43,860 nt of DNA, taken from positions 1 to 43,860 of the forward strand of contig JANPGB010000592.1 in the NCBI GenBank assembly GCA_031423695.1, given 5' to 3'. A model generated the notes under the pieces. The model worked only from the letters and a program-made list of their open reading frames with translations, was not told where the DNA came from and made no database searches. Below, in pieces: positions 37,237-43,860 of this stretch (position 1 is the stretch's first letter; every line of letters starts with the position of its first letter). A program made the translations under genes and the position numbers. This stretch comes from Verrucomicrobiota bacterium. Its GTDB lineage: Bacteria > Verrucomicrobiota > Verrucomicrobiia > Limisphaerales > CAIQOK01.

Positions 37237-38373
37237 ATGAAAGCCAGCTTCAGCAATTTATTCACGCTCGCCGTCGCGGTGTCGCTCGTCGCGAGCGCCG
37301 GGGCGAAGGCGGAACCACGGTTCAGAACCCAAAAACCGCTCGTGCAAGTCGCCATCCTGATCGACACCAGCAACAGCATGGACGGACTCATCGGCCAGGC
37401 GAAAAGCCAGCTGTGGAAGATCGTCAACGAGTTCAACCACGCGCGGCAGGATGGCCAGATGCCCGAGGTGCAGGTCGCGCTGTTTGAATACGGTAACAAC
37501 AGCTTGTCCGCGCAGGCAGGCTGGATTCGCAAGGTGTCGGACTTCACGACCGACCTCGACTTGATCTCGGAAAAACTCTTCGCGTTGAGAACCAACGGCG
37601 GCGAGGAATACTGCGGCTGGGTCATCAAGGACGCGCTCGACCGGCTGGAGTGGAGTCCTTCGCCGCGGGCCTACAAGGCCATCTTCATCGCGGGCAACGA
37701 GCCGTTCACACAGGGCCCGGTGGATTACACCGACCCGTGCAAGGCCGCCCGGGCGCGCGGCATCATTGTAAACACGATCCATTGTGGCGACGAGCGCACG
37801 GGAGTGGACACGATGTGGCGCGACGGCGCGCGGCTGGCGGACGGGAAATTTCTGGTCATCAACCAGGATCGGGCCGTGGCCTATGTCGAAGCGCCGCAGG
37901 ACAAGGAGATCGCAAAATTGAGCAGCGACTTGAACAGCACTTATCTCGCCTATGGTCGCGATGGTGCGGAGAGTGTTGTGCGGCAGGAAATGCAGGACCG
38001 GAACGCCGCCACCGTGGCATCGGCGGGCGCGGTGGTGGCGCGTGCGGTGGCCAAGTCGTCGGCGCATTACAGCAACAGCAAATGGGACTTGGTGGACGCC
38101 GCCAAGGACAAGGATTTCAAACTGGATGCCTTGAAGGAGGCCGAACTGCCCGCGGCGATGCAGGCGTTGCCGCCCGCCGCGCGCAAGGAGTTCGTTGAGG
38201 AGAAAGCGCAGGAGCGCGGCGAGTTGCAGACCAGGATCAACACGCTCAATGCCGCGCGCGAAAAATACGTCGCCGCGAAGATGAAGGAAATCGTCACCAC
38301 GAACACGCTCGACAGTGTCGTCATCACCACCGTGCGCGAACAGGCGCGCACGCGGCAATTCACGTTCGATTGA
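37237..38373 (+). CDS. Secreted von Willebrand factor type A (vWA) domain protein
   Basis: Signal peptide (LFTLAVAVSLVASAGAKA), MIDAS DxSxS (AILIDTSNSMDG), ...RTNGGEEY..., IFIAGNEP and VNTIHCG. The C-terminal third is a charged helical region. Confidence 0.8.
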   Translation: MKASFSNLFTLAVAVSLVASAGAKAEPRFRTQKPLVQVAILIDTSNSMDGLIGQAKSQLWKIVNEFNHARQDGQMPEVQVALFEYGNNSLSAQAGWIRKVSDFTTDLDLISEKLFALRTNGGEEYCGWVIKDALDRLEWSPSPRAYKAIFIAGNEPFTQGPVDYTDPCKAARARGIIVNTIHCGDERTGVDTMWRDGARLADGKFLVINQDRAVAYVEAPQDKEIAKLSSDLNSTYLAYGRDGAESVVRQEMQDRNAATVASAGAVVARAVAKSSAHYSNSKWDLVDAAKDKDFKLDALKEAELPAAMQALPPAARKEFVEEKAQERGELQTRINTLNAAREKYVAAKMKEIVTTNTLDSVVITTVREQARTRQFTFD

Positions 38374-38396
38374 GCCATCCCCCCGCCCTGCCCTCT

Positions 38397-38433
38397 CCGC
38401 ACCGCCGGCCACCGACGGTGCGGAATTTTTTTT
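38397..38433 (+). terminator. Rho-independent terminator after the vWA gene
   Basis: CCGCACCG (38397-38404) pairs perfectly with CGGTGCGG (38416-38423) across an 11-nt loop, followed by AA and eight T (38426-38433). Confidence 0.7.
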
Positions 38434-38630
38434 GGCGCAGCCTCCCACGCACTCAGCCACATCCGGAGAAACGGTGAGCCAAAAAAAATCTGGGCAAAAC
38501 CCGCCTTCACTTCCATCAGCGGTTCGCTATCGGACCGGGTTGGTCCGGAACAAACACGTCCAGCGTCGCCTTCATAAAGATGCAGCGGGCGAAACCGAGA
38601 AATTTTGGATTTTTCCAGTGCCTGCTAAGT

Positions 38631-38646
38631 TGGCATGTGAACTGCA
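38631..38646 (+). promoter_or_regulatory. Sigma-54-type -24/-12 promoter upstream of the Ig adhesin / DUF3570 / ApbE genes
   Basis: TGGCATGTGAACTGCA versus the consensus TGGCACG-N4-TTGCW. GG is at 38632-38633 and GC at 38644-38645. It lies about 55 nt upstream of ATG 38699 and about 200 nt downstream of the vWA terminator. Confidence 0.6.
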
Positions 38647-38698
38647 ATCTCCTGACCTACGAACCGAATTCACAATTGCGCTCTCAGCTTATAGTTGC

Positions 38699-41600
38699 AT
38701 GCAGTATTATTTTTATCGTCCTGTCCACGTCAGATTGCCCTCCTCTCCCGCGCGCTACGGCAGGGAACAGATTCTATTCGCCATACTGTGGATGGTTTGC
38801 GTTGTTTCTGTTCCCGCCGCGCCGATGATGGAGGAGGGATTCAATTATCCCAACGGCAGCAACCTGGCCCAGAACGCTCCGTGGGCCGGCGGCAGCGGCG
38901 CCTCCCTAAGCGTGGTGAGCGGCAATCTGTGGCTCCCGGGTTTGGGCGAGACTGCGCCCGCCGGCAACATGCTGAAAGTTGGCGGCGGCGTAAGCCGGAC
39001 GGTGTATCGGAATTTTGCCAGCACTCCGGTGACCAATGGCGCGCTGTATTTCTCGGCATTGATCAAATGCACGCTGCCGCCAACAAATTCCCAGCCAATG
39101 GCTTTTTTCCAAACCAGCGGCTCCACCGATTTTACCGCCAGCGACAATCCGATGTCGCTGTATATTCTCCAAGCGAACAACGGGTATTGCTTTCGCGTTG
39201 CCGAACACGGGGAAAACTCCCAATTATCAAAAACACTGGCCGTCAACACCACGCATTTGATCGTGGTAAAATATGGTTTTCGAGTCGGCAATCAGGATCG
39301 AGTCATTCTGTTTATTGATCCCATACCCGGCGGGAATGAGCCAACGACACCGGATGCCGCCATCTCTGACGTAATGTTTCCCAATTTACGGGTGATGGGG
39401 TTTTTCTCACCAAGCCTTGCCAGCCAGGGCAGCTGGAATTTTGACACCTTGCGCATCGGCACCAACTGGGCGGACGTGACGCCGGTGCCGACAGCTTTGA
39501 TTCTCAGTGGACCGCAGGACCAGGCGGCCTGTTTCGGCAAAGGCCTGACCTTCAGCGTCGCGGCGCTGGGCACGGCCCCGTTCAGTTATCATTGGCGGAC
39601 CAACGGCGTGTTCGTGCCTGGCGCGACCAATGCGGTATTCGCCGTTCCTAATCCCACCGCCCGCGACGCGCTGAATGGCTTTGACGTGGTGGTGCAGGAC
39701 GCGTTTGGCTCCGCCACCAGCCGGCTGGCAGGAATCACGTTCAGCACCAACCCTGTCGCCATCCTGACCCCGCCAACAAATCAGGTGGTCTTGCCTGGTG
39801 TTGCGAGCGTCACATTCGAAGTGGCGGTGTCCGGCGATGCGCCGGTGAGCTTTCAGTGGCGCGCGAACGGCACGGCTATCGCCAACGCGACCAACAACAG
39901 CTACTCACTCGTCAATCCAACCATGGCGGATCAAACCACCGCCTTCGATGTGGTGGGGGTCAATCCGTGCGGTGCGGTGACCAGCAGCCCGCCGGTGTTC
40001 GCCTTGTTTCCAAATGCGTTTTACGCCGCCACCGACAATGGCCCGGGCTTTTTTGCGGGAGAAATCCTGACCCTGATCAACCGGAGCGGCATGACCATCA
40101 ATGTCTGGTCGTCGCCCAATCTCAGTCGGCCGCTTCCGCTATGGGATGCGGAAGGTCCACTGTTTGAGGTGCCGCTGAATGACGGCAGCGGCAACAGCCA
40201 GTATTCCCTGAACGTCGTGCCCGCCGCCTCGCCAACTTACTACGTCGCCGGAACCGGCGTGGACTGGCCGTACTTGTCGCCGATTCCCGTGGTGTGGCTG
40301 ACGACCAGTGACTATGTCACCTTTAGTTTGCAGGGCACGAACAAGATTGCGGATGCGTCGGGCGTGTTGAGCGATCCGGTTCCTCCGGGGATCACGCAAG
40401 GTCCGGCGAGCCAGAATGTCTGGCTGGGAACCAACGCGCAATTCACGGTCGCCGCCAGTGGTTCGGGGCCTTTCTCCTACCAATGGTGGTTTAACGCGGC
40501 GCCCCTTCCTGGCGCGAACCTGGCCGCCTTCAAACTGACCAGTGTTTCAAGGACCAACTCGGGTGATTACTACGTCGTGGTGACGAGCGCTTTCGGCAGC
40601 ATCACCAGCAGCATCGCCACGTTAGGGGTCATCACCCCCTTCTATGCCGCGTACGACAACGGCCCGGGATTTTTCATTGGAGAAATCCTGACGCTCAACA
40701 ATCCGAGCGGGATGATTATCAATGTCTGGTCGTCATCCACTCTAAGCCAGCCGCTCCCGCTCTGGAATTCGGAAGGTGAGATGTTTCAGGTGCCGTTGAA
40801 TGACGGCAGCGGCACCAGCCAATACTCCCTGAACGTCGTGCCGGCCGCCTCGCCGACTTATTACATCGCCGGCATCTCGGTCTCCGGGCCGTATCCGCCC
40901 GGCATCCCGGTCACCTCGCTTACGACGGACGACTATGTGAACTTTGCGGTGGCGCAAAACCAACTGCCGGTCGGCCCCGGCGGCCTGTTGGCGCTGCCCG
41001 CCCCGCCGGCGCTCACCCAGCAACCCGCCCGCCTGGCAGTCATCGCCGGCAACCCGGCGGAATTTCTCGCCACCGCCACCGGGAGCGGGCTGCTCTATTT
41101 CCAGTGGCGCTTCAACACAAACATCGCGGTCGAGGGCGGCACCAATTCGAGCCTCTTGATTACCACGAGCACCCCGGCCCACGCCGGAAATTATTTCGTG
41201 GTGGTGACGAACAACTATGGTAGTGCGACCAGCCAGGTAGCCGCATTGACAGTGCTGCCGCCGCCTGCACTCCTCGGCACCCAAACCGCCGCCGGCTTTC
41301 AACTCACGGGCGCGGGTGTACCCGGCGACATGTATTTCGCCCTGGCGGCGACCAATCTGAATCCGCCGGTGACCTGGCAGACCGTGGCGACGAATGTGGC
41401 TGACACAAACGGATTGATTCAATTCGTCGATGGTGCCACCCAGATCTCGACGATGAAATTTTATCGGCTGGCGTTCCCCTCCGTGTTGCGAATGCCCCCC
41501 GTGATTCTTCAGCAGCCGACCAACCGCTCGGTGCTGACCGGAACTTCGCCGGGATTCAGCGTAATCGCCGCCGGTCAGGCCGTGCTGAGCTATCAATGGT

Positions 41601-41977
41601 TTGCCCGCTCCAACACGACGCTGGCCGGGGCGACAAACTCCACGCTCACTCTGGGGCAGACCAGCATGCTCAACAACGGCAGGCAATATCAGGTTGTGGT
41701 AACCAACAGCTGGGGCAGCGTCACGAGCAGCGTGGCCACGGTCACGATCCTGCCCCTGCCGCAGTTGCAGGCGCAGTCGCTTTCCAACCGGCTGCAACTC
41801 ACCGCCCAGGCCGTGCCGGGCGACGCCTATCGCCTGCAGGCCAGCACCAGCCTGACGCCTCCCGTGGCGTGGACCACCCTCGCCACCAATTTGGCGGACG
41901 CCCTGGGCTGGGTTCAGTTTTCGGTCACAAATATCCGCACCGCGCCCGTCCGCTTTTACCGCCTCGCAACTCCGTGA
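38699..41977 (+). CDS. Giant secreted Ig-repeat adhesin-like protein (ConA/LamG-like N-domain, five or more Ig I-set units, duplicated novel domain, two FYRLxxP modules)
   Basis: The open frame starts at 38315, but that stretch spans the vWA stop, a terminator and the promoter. ATG 38699 gives MQYYFYRPVHVRLPSSPARYGREQILFAILWMVCVVSVPAAP. Ig units are marked by PFSYHWRTNG, VSFQWRANG, FSYQWWFN, LYFQWRFN and LSYQWFAR, each followed by a G.Y.VVVTN-type strand. Confidence 0.8.
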   Translation: MQYYFYRPVHVRLPSSPARYGREQILFAILWMVCVVSVPAAPMMEEGFNYPNGSNLAQNAPWAGGSGASLSVVSGNLWLPGLGETAPAGNMLKVGGGVSRTVYRNFASTPVTNGALYFSALIKCTLPPTNSQPMAFFQTSGSTDFTASDNPMSLYILQANNGYCFRVAEHGENSQLSKTLAVNTTHLIVVKYGFRVGNQDRVILFIDPIPGGNEPTTPDAAISDVMFPNLRVMGFFSPSLASQGSWNFDTLRIGTNWADVTPVPTALILSGPQDQAACFGKGLTFSVAALGTAPFSYHWRTNGVFVPGATNAVFAVPNPTARDALNGFDVVVQDAFGSATSRLAGITFSTNPVAILTPPTNQVVLPGVASVTFEVAVSGDAPVSFQWRANGTAIANATNNSYSLVNPTMADQTTAFDVVGVNPCGAVTSSPPVFALFPNAFYAATDNGPGFFAGEILTLINRSGMTINVWSSPNLSRPLPLWDAEGPLFEVPLNDGSGNSQYSLNVVPAASPTYYVAGTGVDWPYLSPIPVVWLTTSDYVTFSLQGTNKIADASGVLSDPVPPGITQGPASQNVWLGTNAQFTVAASGSGPFSYQWWFNAAPLPGANLAAFKLTSVSRTNSGDYYVVVTSAFGSITSSIATLGVITPFYAAYDNGPGFFIGEILTLNNPSGMIINVWSSSTLSQPLPLWNSEGEMFQVPLNDGSGTSQYSLNVVPAASPTYYIAGISVSGPYPPGIPVTSLTTDDYVNFAVAQNQLPVGPGGLLALPAPPALTQQPARLAVIAGNPAEFLATATGSGLLYFQWRFNTNIAVEGGTNSSLLITTSTPAHAGNYFVVVTNNYGSATSQVAALTVLPPPALLGTQTAAGFQLTGAGVPGDMYFALAATNLNPPVTWQTVATNVADTNGLIQFVDGATQISTMKFYRLAFPSVLRMPPVILQQPTNRSVLTGTSPGFSVIAAGQAVLSYQWFARSNTTLAGATNSTLTLGQTSMLNNGRQYQVVVTNSWGSVTSSVATVTILPLPQLQAQSLSNRLQLTAQAVPGDAYRLQASTSLTPPVAWTTLATNLADALGWVQFSVTNIRTAPVRFYRLATP
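40019..41260 (+). repeat. Intragenic tandem duplication (2 x 621 nt) inside the adhesin gene
   Basis: The unit starting FYAATDNGPGFFAGEILTLINRSGMTINVWSS (40019) recurs as FYAAYDNGPGFFIGEILTLNNPSGMIINVWSS (40640), exactly 621 nt (207 codons) later. By eye, the first ~240 nt of each unit are roughly 80 percent identical at the nucleotide level. Confidence 0.8.
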
Positions 41978-41989
41978 TTTGGATGACGC

Positions 41990-43453
41990 ATGTCCTTGTA
42001 TCCCGCCAACCCAGCTACCGCCGAAACCGGGGACCCCGTGCCGCAGTCGTCACGCGCGTTTCAACGCGCGCGACGATTGCCACAGTTCCCAGGCAAGCGA
42101 GACCTACTCATGCTGTTGCTGGTGGTGGCGCTCATTGCCGGACGAATCGGACGTGCGTCCGCCGCGGAAAACGAAATGGGTTACCGACGGGAGTTTTACC
42201 GCGAGGACGACAACCGGATCAGCGTGGACACAGACTCCGCGTTCTGGGACGTGGGGCTCAGCGCGCATGTTCGTTTGCGCGGGACCTACACGCTCGATTC
42301 CATCTCCGGCGCGACCCCGACCGGCGCGCCGCCGCAGTCGCAGTGGCCGTTCGTCACCTACGACCGCCTCTACAAAAACGCCTATGCGCAGGCTTACACC
42401 GGCGCGTTCAACCAGTTTGTTGCCGCCAACCAGATCTTCGTGGATCAAGGCTACCAGACTTACCAGCAGATGACCAACGTTGCGGCGATGGTAGCCCAGA
42501 GCACAGCCCCAGGCGTCGCTAACAATAGTGCCGGCGCCTCGTATCGCGGCATCACCAACAATCCAAACTTTCGGAACCAGTCCGTTCCGCTGACGCAGAT
42601 GCATGATCGGCGACAGGGTTTTTCCATCGAGGTTCCGGTCGCGTGGGGCATTCATGAGCTGACGCCCTCGTTTTCCTACAGCGACGAGAGCGACTACGAA
42701 TCATTTGGCGGCGCCTTGGTTTATTCCCTCGCGCTAAACAAAAAGAACACCACGCTGACCGCTGGTTACTCCCACCATTCCGACGATGTCCGGGACGAAA
42801 ATTTCAAGTGGCAGGACAAGACGTCGGACGAATTTCTGCTCGGCGTGGTGCAACTCCTCAATCCCAAATCCTACCTGACATTCAACCTGACATTCGGCAA
42901 CGACGCCGGCTATCTGAGCGATCCTTACCGGGCCGTGATGGTCATCGGCAACCCCGACTTTCTTCAGTCCAATCCGGACGACGCGGCACTATTCGTCGAA
43001 AAGCGTCCGCGCAGCCGGATCAAAGGGGTCGCCCATCTTTCCTACACGCGCTTTATCGACCGCTTCAACGGCAGTCTGGAAACCAGCTACCGTTACTTTC
43101 ACGATTCCTGGGGCATTGCCTCCCACACCCTGACGCTGGACTGGCACCAAAAGCTGGGCCGGAACATCGTGCTGAGCCCGTCGTTCCGCTACAGCAATCA
43201 AAGCGCGGCGGACTTTTATTACGTGCTGGTGCCGGACTACGCCGGGCTGCCGGCTTATTACTCTTCCGACTATCGCCTGACGCATTTTGAAAGTTTCGGG
43301 CTGGGCCTGAATTTCACCTGGCGGATCACGCCTTTCCTTTCCCTGGACTTGAGCTATCTGCGTGACGTAATGCACGGACTGGACGGCATCACTTCGCAGA
43401 GCGCCTTTCCTTCCGCCAACGTCGGCAGCGCAGGACTAAGAATATGGTTTTAA
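41990..43453 (+). CDS. DUF3570-family outer-membrane beta-barrel protein with ApbE flavinylation motif
   Basis: Signal-like LLMLLLVVALIAGRIGRASAAE, then EFYREDDNRISV and LDSISGATPTG (DSISGAT at 42296-42316). Strand-like repeats run throughout, and the OMP-type C-terminus is AGLRIWF. An alternative start is ATG 42110. It begins 12 nt after the adhesin stop. Confidence 0.75.
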   Translation: MSLYPANPATAETGDPVPQSSRAFQRARRLPQFPGKRDLLMLLLVVALIAGRIGRASAAENEMGYRREFYREDDNRISVDTDSAFWDVGLSAHVRLRGTYTLDSISGATPTGAPPQSQWPFVTYDRLYKNAYAQAYTGAFNQFVAANQIFVDQGYQTYQQMTNVAAMVAQSTAPGVANNSAGASYRGITNNPNFRNQSVPLTQMHDRRQGFSIEVPVAWGIHELTPSFSYSDESDYESFGGALVYSLALNKKNTTLTAGYSHHSDDVRDENFKWQDKTSDEFLLGVVQLLNPKSYLTFNLTFGNDAGYLSDPYRAVMVIGNPDFLQSNPDDAALFVEKRPRSRIKGVAHLSYTRFIDRFNGSLETSYRYFHDSWGIASHTLTLDWHQKLGRNIVLSPSFRYSNQSAADFYYVLVPDYAGLPAYYSSDYRLTHFESFGLGLNFTWRITPFLSLDLSYLRDVMHGLDGITSQSAFPSANVGSAGLRIWF

Positions 43454-43860
43454 CCCCGACAGATTCCGCACCCATGGTGCGTGAGCGCATTTGGAATTCC
43501 TCCCAGCGCGTGGTGGAGGCCGGCGATCACAAGCTGACCTTCACCGCAATGAGCACCACCTGCCGGGTTCATTTTCAGACGGCGGACACTAAGCTCGCGC
43601 ATGAATTTCAAACGGAAGTGCTAAACTGGGTGTCGTGGTTCGAGGCCCGGTATTCCCGCTTTCTGCCCGACAGCCTTATCAGCCGCATCAATGACGCCGC
43701 GGGTCAAAATTGGCTGGAAATTGATCCGGAGACCGAGGCCCTGTTCAACCTCTGCCAGGACCTGCTCTTCTTCACCCGCGGCGTTTTTGATCCCACCGCG
43801 CTCCCGTTGATGCGGCTCTGGAACTGGAAAGCCCCAAATCCCGTGATGCCCACGCCGGCG
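43444..43860 (+). CDS. apbE: FAD:protein FMN transferase (ApbE family), 5' part, runs off the window
   Basis: The frame is open from ATG 43444 (overlapping the DUF3570 stop by 10 nt; alternative ATG 43474) to the window end. ApbE-like motifs are FTAMSTTCRVHF (AMGT-type), SLISRINDAAG and GVFDPTALPLMRLW. It is absent from the ORF track, presumably because it has no stop in the window. Confidence 0.8.
   Translation, partial: MVLTPTDSAPMVRERIWNSSQRVVEAGDHKLTFTAMSTTCRVHFQTADTKLAHEFQTEVLNWVSWFEARYSRFLPDSLISRINDAAGQNWLEIDPETEALFNLCQDLLFFTRGVFDPTALPLMRLWNWKAPNPVMPTPA

Noticed and set aside
38315-38698. 5' extension of the adhesin ORF back to 38315, giving the 1220-aa version.
   Set aside because: This stretch overlaps the vWA gene end, then runs through a strong intrinsic terminator (38397-38433) and the sigma-54 promoter (38631-38646). 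The signal-peptide-like segment appears only after ATG 38699.
42050-42110. Possible twin-arginine (Tat) signal in the DUF3570 N-terminus (FQRARRLPQFPGK).
   Set aside because: It is only a loose match to S/T-R-R-x-F-L-K. An outer-membrane barrel would be expected to use Sec. An alternative start at ATG 42110 removes the segment altogether. This is left as start-codon uncertainty, not a feature.

Overview
High-GC bacterial chromosomal segment. It is probably from Verrucomicrobiota or a related PVC-group organism; this is inferred from two prepilin-type H-X9-DG proteins, giant Ig/ConA-like secreted proteins and a DUF3570-ApbE pair. About 30 protein genes are supportable. I saw no rRNA, tRNA, CRISPR array, transposase or integrase. 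Main blocks, in order:

- **15-5610:** a secreted peptidoglycan-scavenging set (GH25 muramidase co-transcribed with alanine dehydrogenase, an unknown alpha/beta hydrolase translationally coupled to NamZ/DUF1343, and an AmiE-like serine hydrolase).
- **5611-10700:** a visibly lower-GC block with a 995-aa ConA-like/Calx-beta surface protein and two pseudopilin-like genes.
- **10724-19704:** housekeeping and envelope genes (L-Ala-D/L-Glu epimerase, pdxJ, VanZ, hybrid kinase, L,D-transpeptidase, Kef-type antiporter).
- **19743-23827:** a NahK-like kinase / SSS transporter / 4-epimerase cassette, bracketed by the intact 3' end of kef and a decayed second copy of that same 3' end.
- **24176-33998 (most interesting):** Ig-domain secreted protein, NtrC-type sigma-54 activator, a FecR+TPR+outer-membrane-barrel fusion protein and a CHASE2 hybrid histidine kinase. 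Sigma-54-type -24/-12 promoters precede the first and third genes.
- **38631:** a third, very good sigma-54 promoter precedes a 1092-aa Ig adhesin, a DUF3570 barrel carrying an SGAT flavinylation motif, and ApbE.

All calls rest on reading the ORF translations and the DNA by eye. No database searches were run.
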